Shown: in pieces, positions 1 through 9,478 of the stretch
Layout of the letters: every line of letters starts with the position of its first letter
Numbering within the stretch: the stretch's first letter is position 1
Assembly (NCBI GenBank): GCA_963797095.1
Contig: CAWCNY010000003.1
Coordinates: 1,056,001 to 1,120,000, forward strand
DNA from: an uncultured Chloroflexia bacterium
Lineage (GTDB): Bacteria; Chloroflexota; Chloroflexia; QHBQ01; JADMIH01
Length of the DNA stretch: 64,000 nt
Direction: 5' to 3'
Notes under the pieces: generated by a model
Told to the model about the DNA's origin: nothing
The model's database searches: none
What the model saw: only the letters and a program-made list of their open reading frames with translations
Made by a program: the position numbers and the translations under genes

Positions 1-2
1 GC

Positions 3-446
3 CTCGAAGAGCGCGAGAACCTCCCTATGATTGAGGCTTCTGCGGGCAAAAGCGGGGCCGACACGGTAATAGGCCGCCTCCCCAAAGGTTACGAAACCAC
101 TCTGGGTCGCTGGTTCGATGAAGGCTACCAGCTATCGGGCGGCGAGTGGCAGAAGATGGCCCTCGCCCGCGCCTTCATGCGTGATGCCGCCATCCTGGTG
201 CTCGACGAGCCGACCGCCAGCCTCGACGCCCGCGCCGAATATGAGATCTTCGCCCGCATGAAAGAGCTAACCGAAGGCAAGATGGCCCTCTTCATCAGCC
301 ACCGCTTCAGCACAGTCCGCCTCGCCGACCGCATCTTCGTGCTGGAAGACGGCCGTATCAGCGAAGCGGGCACACACCAGGAGCTTCTGGCCCTCAACGG
401 CACTTACGCTGACCTCTTCAACTTGCAGGCTGCGGCCTACCGGTGA
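3..446 (+). CDS. ABC transporter ATP-binding protein, C-terminal part (5' end outside window)
   Basis: LSGGEWQ signature, Walker B ILVLDEPT, H-loop ISHR; frame open from window start. Confidence 0.92.
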   Translation, partial: LEERENLPMIEASAGKSGADTVIGRLPKGYETTLGRWFDEGYQLSGGEWQKMALARAFMRDAAILVLDEPTASLDARAEYEIFARMKELTEGKMALFISHRFSTVRLADRIFVLEDGRISEAGTHQELLALNGTYADLFNLQAAAYR

Positions 447-487
447 TCGGTAGTTGCTACTGGGAACCAGGAACCCGATGGTCGATA

Positions 488-1162
488 CTATCGCCTCGAC
501 GGTCGCAGGTTCACGATCCTGTTGGGCAGGGCGAAAAAGATCGCCAGCATGGTGCAAAGCCCCAGCCCAACGAAGCCGTTGAAGAAGGACAGGAACAGAG
601 CCAGTGCGTAAAACGTGGGGCCGAAATAGTATGAGCGTGTGATGGCCTGCACTTCTGCTGGGTCGGCGCGGCGGTCGATCAGGCGATTGCCCTTCGACAT
701 GTGCCACCAGAGGAGGTTGTAAGAGATGGCTATCGCGAGGCCTACCGCGCTGTACACCACAGCCGCTACCTGCCGCAAACTATCGTCCCTGGGCAGGTAT
801 TCCGCCGCCAGCGCCGTCGGAAAAGGTACGACGGTTATGAAAAGCAGTAACAGGCTGTTCAGCAAAAGCAACGTATGAGTTGTACGCCTTACCAACCTGA
901 ATAGATGGTGATGGTTGATCCACATGATCACGATCGTGGCGAAGCCCAGGAAGTATCCGAAGTACGAGGGCCACAACTGCAATAGCGCCGTGATCAGGTC
1001 CTGGGTGGTCTCGATCTCATGGCTCCCAGGGGCGGGGGTTACTGTGGGCACTCTGATCTCAAGCACCAGCAGAGTGGTCGCTATTGCGAACACCCCATCG
1101 CTGAAGGCCTCGATACGGCCCGTCTCTTTCTCGTCCCTCTCTTCTAAGGTCTGGGTAAACAT
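488..1162 (-). CDS. TMEM175-family (DUF1211) potassium channel
   Basis: RIEAFSDGVFAIATTLLVLEI signature, WINHH motif, 6 TM segments; ATG at 1162 with purine-rich RBS. Confidence 0.88.
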   Translation of the reverse strand: MFTQTLEERDEKETGRIEAFSDGVFAIATTLLVLEIRVPTVTPAPGSHEIETTQDLITALLQLWPSYFGYFLGFATIVIMWINHHHLFRLVRRTTHTLLLLNSLLLLFITVVPFPTALAAEYLPRDDSLRQVAAVVYSAVGLAIAISYNLLWWHMSKGNRLIDRRADPAEVQAITRSYYFGPTFYALALFLSFFNGFVGLGLCTMLAIFFALPNRIVNLRPSRR

Positions 1163-1239
1163 ATCCCTTCCACCGCCCAATAAGATTTCACGGGGATCGG
1201 TACGATTATATAACATCCAACCGGGGGTAAAGCACAAGG

Positions 1240-1770
1240 ATGGATCACAATGATCACGTAGGATTGCTGAGCGGAGGCGTCCCCACCTCAGGAGGCACCT
1301 GGGCCGACCTCGGCTCAGGCTGGGGCGCTTTCACTCTTGCCCTTGCCGACCTGCTCGGCCCGGACGCTACAATTTACTCAGTCGACAAGGACCGCTCCTC
1401 GCTTCGCCAGCAGGAAGCCGAGATGCGGGGCCGTTTCCCCGCCACATCTGTCCACTATCTCTCAGCCGACTTCACAGACCCGCTCGATCTCCCGCCCCTG
1501 GACGGCATAGTGATGGCAAATGCCCTCCATTACGTTCGCCGCAAGGAGCCTGTGCTCGAAAAGATCAAAAGCTACCTCAAGCCCGGAGGCCGCTTCATCC
1601 TCGTTGAATACAACGCCGACTTCGGCAATCCCTGGGTCCCCCACCCCATCTCCTACCCCAGCTGGGAAAAGCTGGCATCCCGCTCCGGCTTCGCCTCCAC
1701 CCGCCTCCTCTCAACAGTGCCCAGCCGCTTCCTCCGCGAGATCTACTCGGCGTTCAGCATTGTTCCTTGA
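1240..1770 (+). CDS. Class I SAM-dependent methyltransferase
   Basis: DLGSGWG motif I and LKPGGRF motif. Confidence 0.85.
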   Translation: MDHNDHVGLLSGGVPTSGGTWADLGSGWGAFTLALADLLGPDATIYSVDKDRSSLRQQEAEMRGRFPATSVHYLSADFTDPLDLPPLDGIVMANALHYVRRKEPVLEKIKSYLKPGGRFILVEYNADFGNPWVPHPISYPSWEKLASRSGFASTRLLSTVPSRFLREIYSAFSIVP

Positions 1771-1779
1771 TCGGTATGG

Positions 1780-2415
1780 TCATTTGCCCGTCGTGCTACC
1801 CCTGCCGCCCTGCTTGGTGTTGGCTATTAGCTCATACTCGCTCAGGATCGCCTGGGCGCGCTTCGTTTCGTCTATCATTTGCAGCTTCTCGAAGGTCGCG
1901 AGAGCCTTCCTTATCAGTTCAAGTCCCCTGGCCCGCTCTCCCTCTTTGAAGATAGCCTGCCCAAGCATGATCTCGGTGGCGGCGTTGTTAGCCGGGTCAT
2001 CGACATTACGCTTGGCCTCCATGCTCTGCTCGAAGCCCTCGCGTGCCTCAGCCACATTCCCCTCCTGCCAGTGTAGCACCGACAGCCCGTGCTCGATGAA
2101 CGCCAGCAACTTCGTATCGCCCAGTTTGGCCGCCAGGTCGCGGCTCTCCTCGAAATACCGGCGGGCGGCTTGCAGGTCGCCCACCTTCCATTGAAAGTTC
2201 GCCATCTCGTGCAGGGCGCTTGCCAGGCTGCTCTCGTCGCCCGCCTCGCGCAGGGTGGCGATGCTCTCCTCATATCGCTGGCGGGCCAGGTCCATCTGGC
2301 CCCACTCCATATTGATATAGGCGAGGTTGCACAACGTCTGCCCAACGCCAATGGGGTCATTCTTGGCTCGCCAACCCGCGAGTTCTTGTTCTAATCTTCT
2401 GTATTTATCTTCCAT
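1780..2415 (-). CDS. Tetratricopeptide-repeat protein
   Basis: About four TPR-like repeats (e.g. LARQRYEESIA, AARRYFEESRD, AREGFEQSME). Confidence 0.8.
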   Translation of the reverse strand: MEDKYRRLEQELAGWRAKNDPIGVGQTLCNLAYINMEWGQMDLARQRYEESIATLREAGDESSLASALHEMANFQWKVGDLQAARRYFEESRDLAAKLGDTKLLAFIEHGLSVLHWQEGNVAEAREGFEQSMEAKRNVDDPANNAATEIMLGQAIFKEGERARGLELIRKALATFEKLQMIDETKRAQAILSEYELIANTKQGGRGSTTGK

Positions 2416-2428
2416 TATCTACTCCAGT

Positions 2429-4583
2429 CTATCGTCGTAAAGTTCCGCATGCAGGCAGCATCAAATTAGCAACGATCTTGGCGGTTTGGCCCCTGGTGAC
2501 CTGATTGCCCGGTCTGAAGTAGGGGCGGTTGCCTGGCCCTACGCACGGTTCGGGGTTGCCGCACGGGTAGCCGCCAATCGCCCACTTATCCGCGAGCCAT
2601 TCGATCGCTTCGTAGAAAGTGGAGCCGGGCGGCACATCCTCGAATGTTTGCCCGCTCACAGGCCCAACGACTCCCGCCGCGTTTGCCACGATCTTGGAGA
2701 GCTGTCCGCGCGTCGCGGTTGCCTGCGGGCGGAAGTAGGGCCGGTCGTCAGGTCCGACGCAAGGCTCACCTGGACCGCCGCATGGGTAGCCCGACATTAT
2801 TCCCCTCGCGAAAAAGTCGTTCGACATACTCGTAGAAGGTGGAGCCGGACGGCACATCCTCGAATGTTTGCCCGCTCACAGCATCGTTGAAGCCTGCCGC
2901 TTCAGACACGATCTTGGCCGCCTGCCCCCTGGTGATGCTGCTGTTGGGCCGAAAATAAGGGTCGCTGTCGCCGTCGCAAGGCTCTCTCGTACCGCCGCAC
3001 GGATAGCCGTTGATAATGCCTGCGCAGGCCAGGCACATTACGGGCGTGTAAAAGGTGCTATCCGGCGGCACATCCTGGAAGCGCACAGTGCAGACTGTGG
3101 GCGTGGCGGTCCCCGTGGCCCCCAGGGTGGGTTCCAACGTAGGGGTAGCCGGTGGTACAGGAGAGGTGCTCGTCGGCGTTTCGGTGGCGGTGGCGGTAGC
3201 GACCGGAGAGGTGGGGGTGGCTGAGGGGACAAGCGGAGTGTCCGTAGGCAGTGCAGTATCTGTGGCGACCGGAGATGGAGATGAGGTCGGGACCTGTGTG
3301 GACGTACTTGATGGCTCGATGGTTATGGTGGCGGTTGGCGTGCGAGTAGAGGTGGCGGTGGCCATAGAAGTAGACGTAGGCATAGCGGTGGAGGTGAATA
3401 AAGGAGTGGACGTAGCCACAGGTGATGGGGTGGGTGTGAACGTTCCACTCACGGGGATCATATCGGAGCAGTAGTAGCCCTGGCCGAAGCCTCCCGCTAT
3501 GTCCTCGCCCCCGTTGTACGCAATCGCGCCGTCAGCACGCTCGAAGATGAGGCTGTTGGCATATATGCCGGTGCCGCCCGCCTGGAAGAAATAGCCGTGG
3601 AACGCTACTCCCGGCAGGTCGCCGAGCCAGGGTCCGTACATGGTATCGGTGAGGCTGCTTGTCACCCTCAGGTTGCCCGCGATCCAGCCGGACGAGAAAG
3701 TGAACGAGCTCCCGACCATCATCGAATGGCTGTCGAGCGTGAACGTGCCGGTGAAGCCTCCGCTTGTTTGGCCTGTGAAGGTCGAGATAGGGTCGAAGTA
3801 CCCATCCGAGGAGCCTGCCGGCATATCGTGAACGACGAAGCGTGCCAGTATATCGCTCGGTTGCAGGGTGACCGTGTGCGTCACCGGCAGAGTGCGCGAG
3901 CCTGAGAAGATGCCGCCATTACTCGGGTCGTTGAAGCCGGTAAAGAGCTTGCCGTCTACGGTGATGAAGACCGGCACCGTACCCCCCGTTGGAGGCGACA
4001 TCACTCCCGTAAATGTGCCCCCGAGCCTGTATTGCGAGTAGCCTCCCGACGTAGATATCGAATGCACATAACCGTCGAGGAAGCGGGGGTAGAAAGGCTG
4101 GCTCGATTCCGCTGAGTGGAAGTTGGCCGTGAAGAGCAAGTTCATCGAGCCGACCGTATCGGTCACTATCAGATTATTTATCAGGAATCCGCGCGCTTCC
4201 TGCCCGATGGTCGATCCGGTGATGGCTATACCGTTGAGGTTATTCAATGAGAAAGTGCCCGATATGTCGCCCGCTACGCTCCCCGCGAACCTATCGTACA
4301 GAAGGAGGTTGCCGGTTGACGACCCTGTAGTGGTAAGTGGGGCTGTGGGTGCGAATTGCTCGTAGCTCTCGCCCGATTGGGGCGTGAACGGGCGCATATT
4401 GTCTTGTGTTACATTCGCGGTGAGGCTGAATTCGAGCGGTATATACGTGCAGGTGGTTGTTTGTGGCAAACCTGGGGTTGAGGATGGGTGCGCCCGCACG
4501 TCTCCTTGCTGAAAGAGAGCAAACGTAACAGCGCCTGTTACAAGGGCGAATAGGGCAACCAACAGGTTTGTCACACGCTTCAC
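2429..4583 (-). CDS. Secreted S-layer-homology (SLH) protein with Thr/Pro-rich linker; one apparent +1 frameshift
   Basis: GTG 4583 after GGAGG; signal peptide; three Cys-containing SLH repeats (FxDVPxxSTFY...PYFRP...TRGQxAKIV); removing one A from A5 at 2811-2815 joins ORFs 2766..4712 and 2429..2857 into ERLFARGIMSGYPC. Confidence 0.82.
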
Positions 4584-4658
4584 ACCGGCCTCCAATAACG
4601 AATAAGCAGGCGGGAGGAGCATGCAAAGTATTATACAAGCCCTGGCATCGCGATGGGC

Positions 4659-4741
4659 AAACAAAAAACCCGTACAATCCGTGAAGGACCATCCGGGTTT
4701 TTGTGCCTTCACTCTAGCAGGCGAACCTGCTTTTGCGAAGT
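4659..4741 (-). ncRNA. Candidate structured leader or small RNA ending in an intrinsic terminator
   Basis: Starts just downstream of a near-consensus promoter; CUUCGC/GUGAAG stem, AAA/AGA internal loop, AGCAGG-UUCG-CCUGCU hairpin, then long hairpin AAAAACCCG...CGGGUUUUUU. Confidence 0.55.
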
Positions 4742-4747
4742 GCTGTG

Positions 4748-4776
4748 AGTATAGAGGCTGTGGGCGACCCTGTCAA
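4748..4776 (-). promoter_or_regulatory. Sigma70-type promoter
   Basis: TTGACA (4776-4771), 17 bp spacer, TATACT (4753-4748). Confidence 0.75.
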
Positions 4777-4830
4777 TAGGATGGCCGGGGAAGTTTTCCA
4801 CATTTGCCATTTTCATGGAAGGGGGAAGGG

Positions 4831-7497
4831 TCAACTGTAGTAATAGGGGATCACCAGGGCAAGCAAGCCGTATAAGGCGAGCAGCAAAAGCAGGTTGGCG
4901 AGCACAAACCTTCGCGCGCCAGCCGCCTGGGGCCATCGCCCATCGATCAACAATCGCAGCCCCTCCACTACGAGCCACACCACCGGGATCGTGAGCACAA
5001 ACAGATACCGCCCCTGTGGAATAGATGGATAGCCTCCATAAGCGGTAAGCGCCATCTGCTTGGCGAAACTCACGGCTATCGCCACCACCAGGCTAATGAC
5101 CGAAATGAGGGCCAGCCAGGCGTGCCAACCCCACACTCGCTTGCGGCCCTCGACGGTGCGCACTACCAATCCGATAGCCGCCAGTACCAGCACGCATCCG
5201 ATCCCCAGGTATGCCACGTCGGGCAGGTCGATGGCAAGCCATCCAAAGCTACCCCAGAACGACCTGTACTGCTGCGTTGCATAATCGCTCCACAGGGCGA
5301 GCTTGCTGAACGGCTGGGGGTTGAGAAGCGCGCTAGCCATGTTCCTCACTTCCTCGGGAACTATCCCCTCGAAAAGAGGGCGCACAGCCCAGCGCCCTTG
5401 TTCCCCCGATGGGTCTACCAGCGCGGCCCTGTAGATCGGGTCATCCCACCTGCCGCCGGCAGCCTCAACCCTCAGCGACATGTCGTCGAACTGCACCCGC
5501 GCATCTGGCAGGCTGCCATCCCTCACCCCTATGATCAGCTCGATCTCTTCGGCGTTGGCCTGCGCGTCGCCCGTAACTTCCAATCTGGTCCATTCGCCCC
5601 CTTCGATCAAGATCCCCGTCGCCGATCCCGCCTCCCGCACACCGTCCATCACCGCTATCTCACCCGTTACATCTCCCTTGTCTGCGGTTGCGCCCGCCTG
5701 CGCCGGCACCAGGCGCAGCCACCCCGTCAGCGTCACGCGCAGGTCGGGGTGGTAGATAAGCGGTGGCATAAGCCTCTGCATGGCAACTGCTCCCTGTGTG
5801 GCTTCCAACTGGATGGCATGAGTTCCGTCGTGCGCCGACTCCGTTGCCACGAGTTGGGCGCTCTCAAGTGGTGTGTAGCTCACGAACCAGCCCGGCGAGG
5901 CTTCTTCGCGCATCTCGAACACCGAGAAGAATCCGCCCACCGCAATCACAACCACGATCAAAACGACGGCCCCTGCCCTCAATGCCCGGCTGTTGATCGG
6001 GAGCACCCTTCCCGTCCACGACCTGCGTGCAAGGCCCACCCCGACCCACACCAGGATGCCCCCCACCAGCATCGGGAGACCTGCGGCCACGGCCGTCGCT
6101 TTGGTAGCCACCCCAACGACGGCCAAAAGCACGCACAGCGCGGCCAGGGCTAACCCTCGTTGTGATACCCACTTATCCCCATTGGCATTGAAAGCCGATC
6201 TAACAAGCGCCATCACCGCCACGAACAGCGCCGACACCGCCACCTCCGCCAGTACATCGTTGTTGACAGATGTAGCAACAAACGTGTGCATCGGCAGCAG
6301 CGCCACCGCCATCGCCAGCCGCAGCCCAAGCGCCAGCCATGCCAGCGCCACCACTACCAAACCCAAAAAGAGCGATACCGAGCGCATCACATACAGCGAC
6401 ACTTCGGGATTCGTGTAGGGATCGGCGGGGATGCCCACCAGCCGGGCCGCTCGCAGGGCCACCGCGCACAGCCAGTAATAGCCGGGAGGCTGGCGCACCT
6501 GCTGGAACAGGTACGCGTCGGTGCGAGTGACCGCGCCCGGCGCGCTGTTGCCCCTCAACCTTCGCGTGAAATCGTTCCTGTCAGCTGAGGCGTTCACCGC
6601 CTCGATCAACTGCGTGTCGCGGTCCGCGCCGTCCAGGTCCAGCGCTTCCACCTCTCCGTTATCCAGGTCGTGCCTGTCCAGCAAAGCCACGTAAGCGTAA
6701 TGAGCGTATTCATCAGGCCCCTGCCAGGGCGGTGTGATCAACATGAAGAGCAGCCCGTACACCAACCCCACTGCGAGGGCCAAAGCGAGTGACCACCCCT
6801 TCCGCAAACGTGCTTCCCCACCGTCAAACCTCAGCACCATGCAAGCCCCTATCCCCGCTGCTCCAAGTATGAGCAGTCCCCACACCACCCAGGGCGATGT
6901 GCTCTCGCCCGCCCCCCCGATCATGCTCCCCCACACCTGGAGAGGCGGGGCGGCGTATTGCAGCCCAAATGCCAGGTCCCCCGGCGTCGGCTGCCCGTTG
7001 TAGTACGCTTCACCGTTGGCATAGGGATCGCCTCTCGGTTGAGGTTGGTACCAGAACACCGAGAGCGACCTCCCCGGCTCCCCAATCGGGGCCTCGATCA
7101 GCACAAAATACGACCTGCCCCCGCTGTCAGGTATGGCCGGGAAACTGAAAAGGTACCAGGGGTTTTCCTCAAACGACTCGCCCAACTGAAGCGTAACGGT
7201 GGCCAAATCCTCCCGCAAATCCGGCGAGGCGCGCAGGTGCATGACTAACGCGCCGCGTATGGCGTCGGTCTTGCGTCCATAAGTGGCTAGATGTACCTCA
7301 ACACCCGACAGGCCATCGTATCGCGCCACGAAGCTCTGCCCCACGCTCTCTCCCGCCAGCAATTCGCCCGGCGCCGAGTTGGCCGTGTCATAGCGGCGGT
7401 GGGTGGCGGCTACATATCCCGTCCAGAACACAAACAGCACCACCGTCGCCGGAAGCGCGTAGCGAATCGTGCGTGCAAGGCGGTTAATATATGTCAT
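4831..7497 (-). CDS. GT-C-type membrane glycosyltransferase (DUF2142-like) with extracellular beta-sandwich domains
   Basis: PPWQGPDEYAHYAY, VNNDVLA and QGRYLF motifs; many TM helices; CBM-like insert (HDGTHAIQL...FDDMSL). Confidence 0.7.
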   Translation of the reverse strand: MTYINRLARTIRYALPATVVLFVFWTGYVAATHRRYDTANSAPGELLAGESVGQSFVARYDGLSGVEVHLATYGRKTDAIRGALVMHLRASPDLREDLATVTLQLGESFEENPWYLFSFPAIPDSGGRSYFVLIEAPIGEPGRSLSVFWYQPQPRGDPYANGEAYYNGQPTPGDLAFGLQYAAPPLQVWGSMIGGAGESTSPWVVWGLLILGAAGIGACMVLRFDGGEARLRKGWSLALALAVGLVYGLLFMLITPPWQGPDEYAHYAYVALLDRHDLDNGEVEALDLDGADRDTQLIEAVNASADRNDFTRRLRGNSAPGAVTRTDAYLFQQVRQPPGYYWLCAVALRAARLVGIPADPYTNPEVSLYVMRSVSLFLGLVVVALAWLALGLRLAMAVALLPMHTFVATSVNNDVLAEVAVSALFVAVMALVRSAFNANGDKWVSQRGLALAALCVLLAVVGVATKATAVAAGLPMLVGGILVWVGVGLARRSWTGRVLPINSRALRAGAVVLIVVVIAVGGFFSVFEMREEASPGWFVSYTPLESAQLVATESAHDGTHAIQLEATQGAVAMQRLMPPLIYHPDLRVTLTGWLRLVPAQAGATADKGDVTGEIAVMDGVREAGSATGILIEGGEWTRLEVTGDAQANAEEIELIIGVRDGSLPDARVQFDDMSLRVEAAGGRWDDPIYRAALVDPSGEQGRWAVRPLFEGIVPEEVRNMASALLNPQPFSKLALWSDYATQQYRSFWGSFGWLAIDLPDVAYLGIGCVLVLAAIGLVVRTVEGRKRVWGWHAWLALISVISLVVAIAVSFAKQMALTAYGGYPSIPQGRYLFVLTIPVVWLVVEGLRLLIDGRWPQAAGARRFVLANLLLLLALYGLLALVIPYYYS

Positions 7498-7524
7498 GGG
7501 CCTGTTTGCAGGGTTTTCGCCCGG

Positions 7525-8400
7525 TCATGGCGAGATGCCGGGTGCGACCTCCGGCGTCGGAGTGAATATGCCCGGTAATGGCGTCGGCGGCTCAGCGAAC
7601 GTGGGCGGGATGATCCCCGGCAGTAGTGTAGGAGATTCCGTCGGGAGAATAATACCCGGTAGCGGTGTGGGAGGTTCTGTAGGAGCGGGCGGCACAGTGG
7701 ATGTCGGCTCCGCCGTCGGCGGTACCTCGGTGGGCAACGGCTCTGCTGTGTCGGTCGGCTGGGGCGGTGCCGGGCGAGTTGGCGGCACATAAGGTGTGCC
7801 AGTGGGTGCAGGTATCTCCGTGTCGGTCGGAAGGGGAAGGGCGGTCGGCGCTTCCTCAGGTATGGCCGTGGCCGGTAGCTCGGTGGAGGTGGCAGGCGCG
7901 GCGGGAGCGGTGGGACTCAGGATCACGGCTATGGCAGGCGCTGTGGCCGTCGGTAATCCGGCGTTGGAGCCGGGCTCATCCTGCGAGGGCTTGCCGGGTG
8001 ACAGCATTGCCAGCCCTGTCAAGAACACCCCCACCACCATCACGACCGCCAACCCTCCCACCAACAGCACTCCATAGTTGCGGCGGCGTCGAGGGAGAGG
8101 GTGGTGTCTGAGGGCCGGCCTGGGTGGCGCATAGCTCTGCGTATTTGCGATTGTCCCGGCGCTCGCGGCGGCAGGCGCAGGTGCGGGTTGCCTGGCTGGA
8201 AGGGGAGGCCAGGTGCTCTGGCGGCGAAGCACGTCGAGGTTGTACTTCCTTTCGAGGAAGGGGGGAATAGGGACCTCGCCCTGTGAGCTCGTGCTCCCGG
8301 CAACGTTCGCCGGGTGGCCCAGGTGGCCCAGCCCATTATCGCCTGCTTTTGCTGATCCAGGGTTGTCGGTGCTGATCCACCATATTGTACCCCATGCCAC
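7525..8400 (-). CDS. Single-pass membrane protein with Pro/Thr-rich repetitive C-terminus (start uncertain)
   Basis: RRRR then hydrophobic helix, then PT-rich tail with repeated PTPLPGI units. Confidence 0.6.
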   Translation of the reverse strand: MAWGTIWWISTDNPGSAKAGDNGLGHLGHPANVAGSTSSQGEVPIPPFLERKYNLDVLRRQSTWPPLPARQPAPAPAAASAGTIANTQSYAPPRPALRHHPLPRRRRNYGVLLVGGLAVVMVVGVFLTGLAMLSPGKPSQDEPGSNAGLPTATAPAIAVILSPTAPAAPATSTELPATAIPEEAPTALPLPTDTEIPAPTGTPYVPPTRPAPPQPTDTAEPLPTEVPPTAEPTSTVPPAPTEPPTPLPGIILPTESPTLLPGIIPPTFAEPPTPLPGIFTPTPEVAPGISP

Positions 8401-9391
8401 GGGCCGCCGCGATTGTGGAAACCCTGCGGCGCAGCAATCCGAGGCCGAACCTCAACGCACCGGCCACGCTGCCCGCCATCAGGCCCGCCGCTCTCAGGAT
8501 GATCATGAAAGGCGCGATCAGCGCCACCTCTCTATCGTCGCGGGCGGTATGCCACGCGAGCGGCAAAGTGGTAGCCAGCAAAGTAGCAGCGATTGCCCCC
8601 GCGCTTCGCCTGGCGAGACGCGAGAAAGGCGTCGCCGGGATGGCGAGCAAAAGCAGGCCGAGCAGCACCATCTGCACCTTGATGCTCTGAGGCGTATGCG
8701 AGTCGCTCACAATGCGGGCCGGGTAGCGGGCCACCACTGGCACCTTCCAGTAGCCGATCCTGAACTTGCGCCTGACATAGTCACGCACAGCAGGCACATG
8801 TCTGTGATAAACAACCCCATCGGGCACGAACACAAGCCGGTAGCCGCGCTCGGCCAGCCTGAACGACAACTCCTGGTCCTCCACCATCACCACCCCGCTA
8901 TCGAACCCGCCGGCCGCCTCCAACGCCTCCCGCCTGTAGCCCGCCGAGTACGTATCTATGAAATCAATCGTGTCGAGAGGAGCCATTCTGCGGTACTTGC
9001 TCTCGTACTCGGCCTGCACCCACCGCGCCACCAGGCTTCGCTGGCGCGTGCGATAGGTGCCCTTGACCCCGTCGGCCCCGGCCTGGATCGCACCGGTCAT
9101 AGTAGATGCCCAATCGGGTGCGGGTTCGCAATCGGCGTCGGTGAAAAGGATGATCGACCCTGACGCCTCCGCCACCCCCCGGTTCCGCGCAGCAGCCGCG
9201 CCCGCATGTGCCTGCCTGATAACCCGCACTCCATCCCCGAACCCCTCAGCCACCCGCGCGGTGCCATCAGCAGAGCCGTCATCCACCAGTATGATCTCAA
9301 AAGCGCAATCCAACCTCTGCCCCACCAGCGCGCGCAAACACCCTTCCAGGGTCTCCTCAGCGTTATAAGCAGGAACAATAATCGAAATCAT
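8336..9391 (-). CDS. Glycosyltransferase family 2
   Basis: ISIIVPAYN, VDDGSADG, FTDAD, VEDQELSFRL motifs; C-terminal TMs. Confidence 0.9.
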   Translation of the reverse strand: MISIIVPAYNAEETLEGCLRALVGQRLDCAFEIILVDDGSADGTARVAEGFGDGVRVIRQAHAGAAAARNRGVAEASGSIILFTDADCEPAPDWASTMTGAIQAGADGVKGTYRTRQRSLVARWVQAEYESKYRRMAPLDTIDFIDTYSAGYRREALEAAGGFDSGVVMVEDQELSFRLAERGYRLVFVPDGVVYHRHVPAVRDYVRRKFRIGYWKVPVVARYPARIVSDSHTPQSIKVQMVLLGLLLLAIPATPFSRLARRSAGAIAATLLATTLPLAWHTARDDREVALIAPFMIILRAAGLMAGSVAGALRFGLGLLRRRVSTIAAARGMGYNMVDQHRQPWISKSRR

Positions 9392-9392
9392 A

Positions 9393-9478
9393 AGTGATAA
9401 GTGACGAGTGACGAGTGACGAGTAACAAGTATCCAAATACGCAGTACGCAATACGCAATAATCACTCGTCACTCGCCA
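9393..9478. repeat. Heptamer tandem repeats arranged as an inverted pair
   Basis: (GTGACGA)x3 ... GCAGTAC/GCAATAC core ... complementary TCGTCAC units. Confidence 0.75.
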
